Of a DNA stretch of 64,000 nucleotides, positions 48,698 to 58,140 are shown in pieces. The notes under the pieces are model-generated. The model had not been told where the DNA came from and did not search any database. It saw only the letters and a list, made by a program, of their open reading frames with translations. Every line of letters starts with the position of its first letter. Positions within the stretch are counted from its first letter, which is position 1. The position numbers and the translations under genes were made by a program. The stretch lies in assembly GCA_965224085.1 (NCBI GenBank), contig CBDCYI010000004.1, forward strand, positions 1,312,001-1,376,000. The letters are read 5' to 3'. The stretch is from Candidatus Marinacidobacterales bacterium (GTDB taxonomy: Bacteria; Acidobacteriota; Vicinamibacteria; Marinacidobacterales; SMYC01).

Positions 48698-49358
48698 ATG
48701 TCGAACAAACGTATTGGGGTCGTCATCACGATAGTGATTGTGCTGGTCGCTTCCGGATGTTCCACCAAGAAATATGTCAGCAAGGAAGTCGGCGCCGTCA
48801 ATCAAAAAGTCGAGACGCTGAGCGAGTCGGTCGAACGGAATCAAGAACGCATCGGCCGCAATACGGATGAGATTTCCCGGCACGGCGGCGAGATTCAGAG
48901 AGCGGATGCCAAAGCCGACGAGGCCGGCCAGCTGGCCGCATCGGCGCACGATGAGGCCGAGAACGCCTTCAACGTCGCGCAGAAAGCGATGAAGGGTAAG
49001 CTCATCTACGAGATCACTCTTTCGAACGACAAAGTCAACTTCGCTTTCAACGCCTCCGAGCTCTCGCCGGACGCGCAGACGCTCGTCGACGAGCTCGCCG
49101 ATCGGGTGAAGGCCGACAACCGCGGCCTGTGGATCGAAGTCGAGGGCCACACGGACGCGACGGGCGAAGCCAATTACAAACAAAGCGCTCGGTCTCAAGC
49201 GGGCCGAAGCGGTTCGAGACTATCTCTATCAGGCGCACGGTATACCCCTCCACCGCATCGCCGTTTACAGTTTCGGCGAAGAGCAACCGGTCACGGACAA
49301 CGAGTCCCGCGAAGGCCGTGCCCGTAACCGGCGGGTCGTGGTGAAGGTTTTGGAATAA
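48698..49358 (+). pseudogene. OmpA-family lipoprotein with a +1 frameshift (or sequencing error)
   Basis: Lipobox VASGC; IEVEGHTDATG; extra A near 49178; shifted frame LGLKRAEAVRDYL..FGEEQP..NRRVVV. Confidence 0.85.
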
Positions 49359-49584
49359 CGCGTATCCAGAAACTCCCAGCTCGGCAACGGGCTAGTGGGG
49401 AGCCCGGCAGGCCCCTTTTCCGGCGCGCGGGGTCCTGCCGGGTTTTCGCGCGCGCGCGAAACTTTCTGAGCGGCCTGACCGGAGATCGGCGCCTCCACGC
49501 CAGATTCTCGCTACAATAAACAAAGCGGAATAAACTGAAGCATCCCCTGTAGTCCTCAGTGGGACCAACCTGAGAGGAGCTACT

Positions 49585-50202
49585 TTGGGCAGCGCAGCCC
49601 AAGTGCCAAATCTTTCGAGCGCCGGTGAGGACGATCGAGACCTCGTCGTGCGCGCTCGTGGCGGAGACGATGATGCTTTCGGGGAGATCGTGCGTACTTA
49701 CCAGCGCCGCGTCTATGGGGTGGCCTTGCGGATGACGCGTCGCCACGAGGTGGCTGATGACATCGTGCAAGACACGTTTCTCCGCGCGCATCGCAGCCTC
49801 GACCGCTTCGAGCTCGGACGCCCCCTCGCGCCGTGGCTCACGAAAATTGCCGTGAACCTATCCATCAACTACCTGAACGGACCCACGAAACGCGAGCAGT
49901 CCATGTACACGGAGGACCGTCCCGACGGACCGTGGGAGCCGCAAGTCCGTGAAGACGCGAGTCGCGAGCCGCTCGAATCGGATCCGGCACGAATCTTGAT
50001 GTCCTCGGAGTTCGCGGCGGCGCTCGCAAAAGCGATCGAGAAACTTTCGCCCGACCATCGCTCGGTCTTCATGTTAAAAGTCGATGAAGGGATGCGATAC
50101 GAAGAGATCGCGACAACGCTCGGAATCTCTCGAGGCACCGTCATGTCCAGGCTCTTTCGGGCGCGCACGAAACTCAAGAACATGCTCGAGGACTATCTCT
50201 GA
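49585..50202 (+). CDS. ECF RNA polymerase sigma factor
   Basis: ADDIVQDTF, WLTKIAVN, EGMRYEEIA..GTVMSRLFRAR. Confidence 0.92.
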   Translation: MGSAAQVPNLSSAGEDDRDLVVRARGGDDDAFGEIVRTYQRRVYGVALRMTRRHEVADDIVQDTFLRAHRSLDRFELGRPLAPWLTKIAVNLSINYLNGPTKREQSMYTEDRPDGPWEPQVREDASREPLESDPARILMSSEFAAALAKAIEKLSPDHRSVFMLKVDEGMRYEEIATTLGISRGTVMSRLFRARTKLKNMLEDYL

Positions 50203-50203
50203 C

Positions 50204-51262
50204 ATGAAATGCGAGAACGCCATTCTTCTCGTTGAGAAGCTAGTGGACGGCGAGGCCAGCGCCGAGGAAAAGCCGCTCGCGGAGCGGCACGTCGCTGATT
50301 GTGCCGATTGCCGCTCTCACTACGCTTTCCTCAAAGCGCTCGCGAGCGCTTCGGAGAAGATCGAGCTCCCGCCGGCGCCGCCGCGAGCGTATTGGGATCA
50401 TCTGCCGTCCAGGATAATCGCGCGTCTTCACGAAGACGAACACCCGAGATTTTGGCAGCAGCTAGTAGCACCTTCTATGCTGCGGTGGGGAGCGCTGGCC
50501 GCGACGCTCACGGTGGTTGTGGCCGTCGGCGTGAACGTTTTGCGTGAGGGCGATCTGGCGGAGGAAACGCCGGCGCAGGACAAAATCCTTCAGCAGAGCG
50601 AAGCCATCCGTGTGGAAGAGCTCGAAGCAGCTGACGACCTGGTCGAGCCTTTCAAGCGGACCCCGGCCGGTATTCCGGAAGTTGCGCCGCCCGCGCCCCC
50701 TAGTGACGCCCGGCTCCGCCGGGGGCGCCTCCGGGAGCTCGAGGACGCCCGGAGCAACGCGAGTGATTCGGAGAAGCTCCGGCAAACCCTCGCCGCGCCG
50801 TCGCGTGCTCGCGCCAAGACCGACGCGCCTGATGCGGTGGAGTCGAACTTGCGAGTGGAGCCAACAGAAGACCCGGCGAGCCCCCAATTCATGGCGCCCG
50901 TTACAGCCGAACCCGTGCGCTCACTCGCCGTGGGCGAGTCCCGAGTCGATCCCGCCGAGCTCGAATACCAAGAGCTAAGCGGTGGAGCACGTCCCGGTTT
51001 CGCTGGACGCCGCGGCCCTGGCGGCACCGTCGAGGATTGTGACAGGTGGCGAGCCTATCTCGAGCGCTATCCTGAAGGTTCGCGAGCGAGCGATGCGCGC
51101 TACGAGCACGCACGCTGTACCCTAGCCCGCTACGAGGCCGAGCCGAGCGAAACGGGCCGCGAGGTAGCGATTCGCGGCGCCGACGCGTTCCTGGCGGTCG
51201 AAAGCGCAGGTGCGAGAGCCGAAGAGATTCGCGAGCGCGCCACCCCGCTCCGCCGACCCTAG
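50204..51262 (+). CDS. Zinc-finger (HxxxCxxC) anti-sigma factor with TM and periplasmic TPR-like tail
   Basis: HVADCADC; TM WGALAATLTVVVAV; YLERYPEG. Confidence 0.8.
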   Translation: MKCENAILLVEKLVDGEASAEEKPLAERHVADCADCRSHYAFLKALASASEKIELPPAPPRAYWDHLPSRIIARLHEDEHPRFWQQLVAPSMLRWGALAATLTVVVAVGVNVLREGDLAEETPAQDKILQQSEAIRVEELEAADDLVEPFKRTPAGIPEVAPPAPPSDARLRRGRLRELEDARSNASDSEKLRQTLAAPSRARAKTDAPDAVESNLRVEPTEDPASPQFMAPVTAEPVRSLAVGESRVDPAELEYQELSGGARPGFAGRRGPGGTVEDCDRWRAYLERYPEGSRASDARYEHARCTLARYEAEPSETGREVAIRGADAFLAVESAGARAEEIRERATPLRRP

Positions 51263-51299
51263 CCACCCAACCCCGGGGCCGGCTCGAGCACTAGTCTGT

Positions 51300-52298
51300 C
51301 TAGTGCTCGAGCGCGAGCCGGTAAACCGTGCTCGAGCCCGCAAGCACCAGACCGCCAGTACCATCGAAGGCGAGTCCGACGAGAGGCGGTGAGGCGACAA
51401 CGCGCTCCGGACTTCCATCGGGCCGGATGCGGTAGACGCCGCTGCCCCCGGTGAGTCCTTCGGTGACGTAGAGCGTGCCTTCGTCGTCGAAGGCCATGCC
51501 TTGAGGTCGCCCAAAACCTTCATAGGCCTTCGTGACTTGGGCATGGACGTCGATGCGGTAAACCGGATCGACCGAGGCCAGGCTCGGCGCCGTGACGAAG
51601 AGATTGCCCTCGCCGTCGAACACCATGTGATACGCCGCAACTGAAGGCTCGAGATGAACGAAGGAGCGCGGCTCGCCGTTGGGCTCGATCCGAAAAATCG
51701 TTCCCCGCCGATCCCCGACATAGAGAATGCCTTCGGGATCGAAGGCGAGACCGGTCGCCGTGCCGAGCTCGTCCGCGACGAGCTCGGCTTCACGATCCGA
51801 AGAGACGCGGTAGACGGTCCCTTCTTCGCGGCTCGAAACGTAGAGACAGTCATCCGGCCCCCATGCGAGGCCGGTCGGGTTCAGGATGTCGCTGACGAAA
51901 GGCTCGATCTCGCCGTCGCCGTCAATGCAGTAGACCGACACGGGAACTTTTTCACCCCGGCTGCCGCTGAAGGCCACGTAGAGTTTGCCTTCGCGATCGA
52001 AGACCGGATTTTGCACAGGCTGAAGCTCATCGGCGATCCTATCTGCGAGCGAGATTGAATAGGTGCCGCTCGACACCCCATCGCGCTCGACGCGAACTTC
52101 CGGCATCGCCTGGTTGGGAACCACGGTAGAGATGGTACGGGCCGAGACGCGCATCACTTGGGCCCGTTGGTCCCCGAAGAAAACCCGGTGGGCATGAGCC
52201 CGTCCGGGATCGAAGCCGCTGCCTTGGATAGCGATACGTCCTCCAGGCACAGCGTGAAGGGGGTCGGTCGCCAATATGTTCGGAAGGTGATCGCTCAC
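51300..52298 (-). CDS. IPT/TIG + SMP-30/gluconolactonase-like beta-propeller protein
   Basis: IQGSGF..VFFG N-terminus; repeated PTGLAW/GLAFD..G.LYV blades. Confidence 0.8.
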   Translation of the reverse strand: MSDHLPNILATDPLHAVPGGRIAIQGSGFDPGRAHAHRVFFGDQRAQVMRVSARTISTVVPNQAMPEVRVERDGVSSGTYSISLADRIADELQPVQNPVFDREGKLYVAFSGSRGEKVPVSVYCIDGDGEIEPFVSDILNPTGLAWGPDDCLYVSSREEGTVYRVSSDREAELVADELGTATGLAFDPEGILYVGDRRGTIFRIEPNGEPRSFVHLEPSVAAYHMVFDGEGNLFVTAPSLASVDPVYRIDVHAQVTKAYEGFGRPQGMAFDDEGTLYVTEGLTGGSGVYRIRPDGSPERVVASPPLVGLAFDGTGGLVLAGSSTVYRLALEH

Positions 52299-52349
52299 TT
52301 CGGTTCCGATTTTGCCCTTCGCAGCATCATAACACGCTGCGAAACCGAC

Positions 52350-53459
52350 TCACTCGATGTCGATGAGCTCTTTGTCGAGAAGCCTCTTGAAAATTAGAAG
52401 AACATCTTGCTCGCCCATCGGGCAGATCTTCGTAATGAAATCCACGTCCCAATCTCCGTTGACACGCGAAAGAACGAAGCCTTCTTGCGGGTCCAGGTCG
52501 AGCGTGGAGAGCTTCGCGAGCGTGACTTTGAGGCGCGGCACGGCGTCGGTAGGGATCTCCGAGACCTTGTCCAAGTCGTCGAGGATGGCTTCAATCTTGA
52601 TCTTGAACAGCGTCGCATGTTTATTCTGCGGATCGAACTCGAGGGCGGCCTGAAACTTCTCGAGCGCCTTGTGGTAATCGCCGGCGTTGTACAAGCTCGC
52701 CCCCGTGTCGAGCTTCTCCCGAAGCTCCTTGACTTGATTGTCGAAATCGGTCTCGGCGGGCGAGTCTTTTACCGCCACCAGTGTGCGCTCGTGAAGCTCG
52801 AGAAGCCGCGAAGCGGCGTAGAACTCGACGGCGTGAAGCTCGAGTGAGATCTCCGCCATGTTCTTGCCGCGGTCGACGAGCTCGAGAACGCGCTGATCTT
52901 CTTCTGAGAGATCCGTCGCTTTGGCGACAGCGGCGTGGTCGGTCTCGAAGGTGGTGAGCCGGGACGGGAACACTTCGTGAATCCGACGCCACTCGTCGCT
53001 CCGGCGAGCACCTTCGAGGATGACTCCGGTGAGCTCCAGGGGCAGGAATACCGGGATGTTGTCCGGTAGCACGTCGTCGAATGTGAACTCGCCGTCCGAC
53101 CAGAGGAAGCAATCGTAAATGGCTTCTTCGGTCTTTATCTGTAGCAGCTCCTCGAGAACCTGCTCGGTGATCGCTTTCATGCTCAACAAGATCTGCCCAA
53201 GCGGACGGTCGCCGGAATCCTGCTCGATGAGCGCCTTGAAGAGCTCTTCCTCGGTGAGATGTCCCGCGCGGATCAAGAACTGACCGAGAGTTTCTCGAGG
53301 GCTGCTCGAAGTCGAGGAGAAAAGACGCCCCTGCTTGAAGAAAAGCTTTTTCTCGATCGGCCCTCGCCGCACGGTAATCGTGCCGGTCTTGAGATTGTTC
53401 CCGCACCATTGCAGCAGATCTCCGAGCACCATGGTGGCGAGAGATCCCGAAAGGCTCAT
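52350..53459 (-). CDS. DUF4388 domain protein with TPR
   Basis: LSGSL..LGDLLQW, LGQFL, FLWSDGEFTF, EGARRSDEW, TPR, PQEGFVLSRV. Confidence 0.82.
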   Translation of the reverse strand: MSLSGSLATMVLGDLLQWCGNNLKTGTITVRRGPIEKKLFFKQGRLFSSTSSSPRETLGQFLIRAGHLTEEELFKALIEQDSGDRPLGQILLSMKAITEQVLEELLQIKTEEAIYDCFLWSDGEFTFDDVLPDNIPVFLPLELTGVILEGARRSDEWRRIHEVFPSRLTTFETDHAAVAKATDLSEEDQRVLELVDRGKNMAEISLELHAVEFYAASRLLELHERTLVAVKDSPAETDFDNQVKELREKLDTGASLYNAGDYHKALEKFQAALEFDPQNKHATLFKIKIEAILDDLDKVSEIPTDAVPRLKVTLAKLSTLDLDPQEGFVLSRVNGDWDVDFITKICPMGEQDVLLIFKRLLDKELIDIE

Positions 53460-53514
53460 TGAGTTGCGCTACCCCGGGAGGGCGCGGGCAAAGAGATCTC
53501 CGAACGGAGCCGGC

Positions 53515-54030
53515 TCACCCGGTCCAGGATAAGTAATCGCGCCAGCTGTTGGGGACTTCGTTCATGCCATAGGTGATGGCGTGAGCGGGAAGGTAAGAGG
53601 GCCTTCTCGGCCGGCGCACGAGCGTGAGCCCTGCCTCTCGAGGCGTTCTGCCACCTTTCGTGCGATTGCACTCGATACAGCAGGTGACGATGTTCTCCCA
53701 TACTTTGCGGCCGCCACGCGACACGGGTACTACGTGATCGAAGGTCAACTCCGAGGCTCTGAATTGCTTGGAGCAATACTGGCATCGATACTTGTCGCGA
53801 AGATAGATATTCGATCGAGAAAATGGGACCTGATGAAAACGCCGGGCCACTCTTACGCGCCGGACTAGCCTCAAGACGGATGGGAGCACGAGCGAGATAC
53901 GAACCCCGCGAATCCGTCGGTCATATGAGGCGATCACCTCGACCTTGCCCTTGACCAGCAGAACGATCGCTTTTTGCCAGGTAATGACTCTCAGCGGTTC
54001 GTAACTGGCATTGAGCAGCAAGCTACGCAT
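53515..54030 (-). CDS. HNH endonuclease
   Basis: LLLNASYEPL, RDKYRCQYC, TFDHVVPVSRGG, WENIVTCCIECNRTKG. Confidence 0.92.
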   Translation of the reverse strand: MRSLLLNASYEPLRVITWQKAIVLLVKGKVEVIASYDRRIRGVRISLVLPSVLRLVRRVRVARRFHQVPFSRSNIYLRDKYRCQYCSKQFRASELTFDHVVPVSRGGRKVWENIVTCCIECNRTKGGRTPREAGLTLVRRPRRPSYLPAHAITYGMNEVPNSWRDYLSWTG

Positions 54031-54238
54031 CGGCGTGCGCACCCGTTTCCACTAGGCACAGGGAACCCGAGCATGCACCGCAGCGGTAGGATCTCGAGCT
54101 CCCCGGGATGCGTCCGAAACTAGCTTGCCTGGCTGGGATAACCTCCGCGAACGTTGGATTGAACCCGTAAAGTCAGATTTTGGTATATGTTCCGCCAAAG
54201 AACGTTGGTTTGTCAAACGCGTGGAGCAAAGGAGAAAC

Positions 54239-54688
54239 ATGCGCCTTCAAATAGCTGTTGTGGGGGCTTCGCAGCCGAGCCGGGACGCGGCGAACGAAGC
54301 CGAGGCGATCGGCGCGGCGATCGCGGAAGCGGGAGCGACCCTCGTTTGTGGAGGGCTTGGCGGGATAATGGAGGCGGCGGCGAAAGGGGCTCGCAAAAAA
54401 GGCGGACTCACCCTGGGTATTCTGCCGGGAAGCTCACGGCGCGACGCCAACCCTTACATCGATTGCGCTGTCACCACTGGACTCGGTGATTTCCGAAACT
54501 ATCTCGTCGTGGCCACGGCCGACGCAGTGGTGGCGATGCCCGGCCGCTACGGCACACTTTCGGAGATTGCGATGGCCTTGACGCTGGGCAAAACCGTCGT
54601 GGGACTGGGAAGTTGGGAGATCGAAGGTGTGCTCAAGGCCGCGAATCCGGAAGAGGCGGTACGGATGGCGCTCGGTCACAAATATTGA
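54239..54688 (+). CDS. LOG/TIGR00725-family nucleotide-binding protein
   Basis: CGGLGGIMEAA, RNYLVV, PGRYGTLSEI. Confidence 0.85.
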   Translation: MRLQIAVVGASQPSRDAANEAEAIGAAIAEAGATLVCGGLGGIMEAAAKGARKKGGLTLGILPGSSRRDANPYIDCAVTTGLGDFRNYLVVATADAVVAMPGRYGTLSEIAMALTLGKTVVGLGSWEIEGVLKAANPEEAVRMALGHKY

Positions 54689-55062
54689 CGGTAGAGGGGG
54701 TTCGATAGACAGTAGCTTTGGATCGCTCTCGCGATGACCCGCACGTCATCGATCTCGAGCGTCTGGAACGTTGCTCCGAAGCCCGGAGGGAGCCCGTGGA
54801 CGGGATGGGTTTGAACCTTTTGCACCCAGACGACGACGCTTTTGATCGCGAGCTCACGCTCGTTCCCAGGGACCCGAAACGCGACCTCGAGCTCATCGCC
54901 GACGTCGGGCAGTTCTTTCGTCGCGATGTAGACCCCTTTCAACGACAGATCCAAGAGCATGGCACGGCCCTCGGGCATGGCGCTGCCCTCGCCGAGCGCA
55001 CCCCGGACTGTGCAGCGACGGACGAGCGGAATACGCAGCGTAGGTGGAGGCGTCGTTTTCAC
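54676..55062 (-). CDS. PilZ-domain protein
   Basis: LRIP, DLSLKGVYI (D/NxSxxG), VVVW, GFGATF. Confidence 0.75.
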   Translation of the reverse strand: MKTTPPPTLRIPLVRRCTVRGALGEGSAMPEGRAMLLDLSLKGVYIATKELPDVGDELEVAFRVPGNERELAIKSVVVWVQKVQTHPVHGLPPGFGATFQTLEIDDVRVIARAIQSYCLSNPLYRQYL

Positions 55063-55085
55063 AGCGTTGTTCGAAGAGAGTTCTC

Positions 55086-55114
55086 AGGTTACCGTCCGAG
55101 AGAGGGCGTGTCAA
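55086..55114 (-). promoter_or_regulatory. Sigma-70 promoter for the PilZ gene
   Basis: TTGACA, 17 bp, TAACCT on the minus strand. Confidence 0.6.
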
Positions 55115-55139
55115 CGCAGTGTTACGATAGCGGCCGACG

Positions 55140-57968
55140 ATGAGTGCGAAGCCGGCAACCGATCTCCCCGAGCTAGAGGCGGGCGTTGTGCGGGAAGTCG
55201 ACCTCCTACTGCGTGAGCTCAAAGGTGCGCGGGCAACGCTCCGCGTGACGCCCGAATCGCTGCTAGAAAAAGAGCTGGGACTCGGAAGTCTCGAGCGCGT
55301 CGAGCTTTTGTCACGTCTCGAAAAGCTTTTCCGCGCCAAGGTCTCCGCGAGCGCTCTCAGCGAGGCGCTTACGCCGAGAGAGGTTGCCGAAGCCTTCATT
55401 CACGGCGAAGCGGAGCCGAGCTTCGAGCGCGAAGCAGTTACTTACCGGCCGAGCCGACACGCACCGCCAGAGCAAGCGCACACGCTCGGTGAAGTCCTGG
55501 TGACGCGGGCCCGGGGCGAGCCCGACGCGGTACACGTGTTCATGAAGGAAGACGGTAAACCGGAGTCGACGCTGACGCTCGGCGATCTCTACAGCGAAGC
55601 GCTCACAATTGCCGGTGGGCTCTCTGCTTCCGGGATCGGGCGGGACGACAAAGTCGCGCTCATGCTCCCGACGAGTCGGGATTTCTTGACGAGCTTCATG
55701 GGCGTCCTCCTTGCAGGCGCGGTGCCCGTGCCCCTCTATCCGCCTTTCAGCATGGCAGGGCTTCAAGAATATGCGCGGCGTCAAGCCGGGATTGTCGCGA
55801 ACGCGGAGGTGCTTTTATTCATCACGCTCGAGCGCGGCCTCGCCGTGGGCGACATCCTCAAGACGCGTGCGCGCTCGCTTCGTGATGTCGTGACGACATC
55901 GGAGCTCGTGGCGCGGTCGCGGCCTGTTGCGCCCGCGATCGTCGATGGCGATGCGACGGCACTCATTCAATACACGTCAGGTAGTACCGGCGACCCGAAA
56001 GGCGTCGCGCTGACGCATGCGAACTTGCTCGCCAACATTCGGGTCATCGGCGCGACCCTCGAGATCCAGCCGAGCGACGTGGGTGTGAGCTGGCTTCCGC
56101 TCTACCACGACATGGGGCTGATTGGCGCGTGGCTCACGCCGCTCTATTTCGGGATACCGGTCTCCATCTTCTCCCCACTCGCCTTTCTCGCGCGGCCGGA
56201 GCGGTGGCTCTGGACTATCCACGCGCGCCGCGCGACGATCTCGCCCGCCCCGAACTTTGCCTACGAGCGATGCGTACGCAAGATCGCGCAGGAGGATCTC
56301 GAAGGTCTGGACTTGAGCTCGTGGCGCGTGGCGTTGAACGGTGCGGAGCCGATCGCCCCTGAAACCCTCGAAGGTTTTCAGCGAAAGCTCGCGCCCCACG
56401 GGTTTCGCAAAGAAAGTCTCCTGCCGGTTTATGGACTCGCCGAGTCTTCACTATTGCTTTCGTCGTCCAAGCCAGGCACCGCTCCGCGCATCCGGTCCTT
56501 CGCGCGGGAGCGGCTCGAGAGCGAGGGGACGGCGTCGCCTGCGCGAGCGGCAGACGCATCCGCCCTTCGTCTCGTGAGCGTCGGCAGAGTGATCCCGCGA
56601 CATGAGATTCGCATTGTCGACGAGGGTGGGCGTGACGTTCCGCAGGGACGCGAGGGCTCCCTCATCTTTCGCGGACCCTCCGTGATGAAAGAGTATTACA
56701 AGAAGGAAGACGCCACCGATGCCATCCGCCGCAGCGGCGGCTATCTCGATTCGGGCGATCGGGCGTTCGAGCTCGACGGCGAGCTTTTCATCACCGGCCG
56801 CTCCAAAGACATCATCATCCGCGCCGGCCGTAACTTGATGCCGCAAGAGATCGAAAAGGAAATCGCCGAGGTCAACGGGGTGCGGCGCGGTTGCATTGCC
56901 GCCTTCGGTGTCTCGGATCCTGCAACCGGGACGGAGAAATTGGTCGTCGTCGCGGAAAGCCGCGAGAACGACGCCGGCGCGCGCGCGCGCATCGGACGAG
57001 AGATCGAATCGAGACTCCTCGAGCGCATCGGCGTCCCGCCCGACGATGTTCGGCTCGTGCCGCCAAAGAGCATCCCAAAAACGTCGAGCGGGAAGCTCCG
57101 GCGCTCCGCGTGTCGCGAGCAATATCTTCGCGCCGAGTTGGCTTCTGCCAGGAACAGCTCGTCGACGTTTTGGGCGAGAGCCGTTTGGATTTCTGGCAAG
57201 GCTCGGGTGGGAAGAGAGCTCGGGCGACTCGCGCGTGCGCTGTTCGGAAGCTATGTGTGGGTTTTGACCGCGTTGTTCGTGCTACTCGGTTGGACTCTAA
57301 CCTGGCTCATCCCGACGCGTCGTCTCTTCGCTCGATTCGTTCGCTATGCCGCTCGCGTCTACTTGTTGCTCTCCGACATCCGCCTCGAAGTCGAAGGAAC
57401 AGAGCACTTGAGCGGGGCAGGAGGTCCCTTCGTCTTCGTGGCGAACCATGCGAGCTATCTCGATCCCATACCTGTGATGGCGAGTTTGCCAAACGACTAC
57501 GCTTTCGTCGTCAAGAGCGAGGCCGCGTCTTGGCCGTTGTTCGGAACGTTCATCCAGAAGCTGGGCCATCTTCCCGTGAAGCGCACGCTCGCGGATGAAA
57601 GTGCCAAGAGCACCGATGAGATGCGCGCGCTTCTCGACGCGGGTCGCTCGGTCGTGCTCTTTCCCGAAGGAACGTTCAGCTACGCGACCGGCGTCCGTCC
57701 TTTCAAGCTCGGCGCGTTCAAGCTCGCGGCGGAGAGCGGCCGCTCTCTCGTCCCGATAGCACTTCTCGGCACCCGTCGCTGGTTGCGCGACGGCACGTGG
57801 ATCCCGCGGCCGGGCCGTGTCAAAGTCTTGATTGGCGAGCCGAGGCCGATCGCCGACCCGTCCTTCGAGAGCATCGTGCGAATCAAGGAAGAGACGGCGG
57901 AAATCATCGCGGCAGCGGTAGGCGAGCCGCGGCTTGATATCGTCTCTGCCGGCCCGCTCAACCCCTGA
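55140..57968 (+). CDS. ACP + fatty acyl-AMP ligase + PlsC-like acyltransferase fusion
   Basis: LGLGSL carrier motif; YTSGSTGDPKG, WLPLYHDMGLIG, YGLAE, PKTSSGKLRR; NHASYLD and FPEGT. Confidence 0.9.
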   Translation: MSAKPATDLPELEAGVVREVDLLLRELKGARATLRVTPESLLEKELGLGSLERVELLSRLEKLFRAKVSASALSEALTPREVAEAFIHGEAEPSFEREAVTYRPSRHAPPEQAHTLGEVLVTRARGEPDAVHVFMKEDGKPESTLTLGDLYSEALTIAGGLSASGIGRDDKVALMLPTSRDFLTSFMGVLLAGAVPVPLYPPFSMAGLQEYARRQAGIVANAEVLLFITLERGLAVGDILKTRARSLRDVVTTSELVARSRPVAPAIVDGDATALIQYTSGSTGDPKGVALTHANLLANIRVIGATLEIQPSDVGVSWLPLYHDMGLIGAWLTPLYFGIPVSIFSPLAFLARPERWLWTIHARRATISPAPNFAYERCVRKIAQEDLEGLDLSSWRVALNGAEPIAPETLEGFQRKLAPHGFRKESLLPVYGLAESSLLLSSSKPGTAPRIRSFARERLESEGTASPARAADASALRLVSVGRVIPRHEIRIVDEGGRDVPQGREGSLIFRGPSVMKEYYKKEDATDAIRRSGGYLDSGDRAFELDGELFITGRSKDIIIRAGRNLMPQEIEKEIAEVNGVRRGCIAAFGVSDPATGTEKLVVVAESRENDAGARARIGREIESRLLERIGVPPDDVRLVPPKSIPKTSSGKLRRSACREQYLRAELASARNSSSTFWARAVWISGKARVGRELGRLARALFGSYVWVLTALFVLLGWTLTWLIPTRRLFARFVRYAARVYLLLSDIRLEVEGTEHLSGAGGPFVFVANHASYLDPIPVMASLPNDYAFVVKSEAASWPLFGTFIQKLGHLPVKRTLADESAKSTDEMRALLDAGRSVVLFPEGTFSYATGVRPFKLGAFKLAAESGRSLVPIALLGTRRWLRDGTWIPRPGRVKVLIGEPRPIADPSFESIVRIKEETAEIIAAAVGEPRLDIVSAGPLNP

Positions 57969-58140
57969 CGCCAGACCGGGACCCGAAGGGCTTCATCGTC
58001 AACGCCGGGAGGGCGGCGGCGGAGAGTCTTCCCAACCCGCTTTTGATCGAACGCGCTCCTTGATCGTCTTGTAACCTCCTGACGCGTCCCGCCCCTTGGT
58101 CCTCTGCTGGAATTGCTAGACTGGCGTCCTGGAGGTAAGC

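Noticed and set aside
53515-54688. HNH + LOG as an anti-phage defence system
   Set aside because: The genes are divergent and belong to widespread stand-alone families, with no methylase, ATPase or other defence partner.
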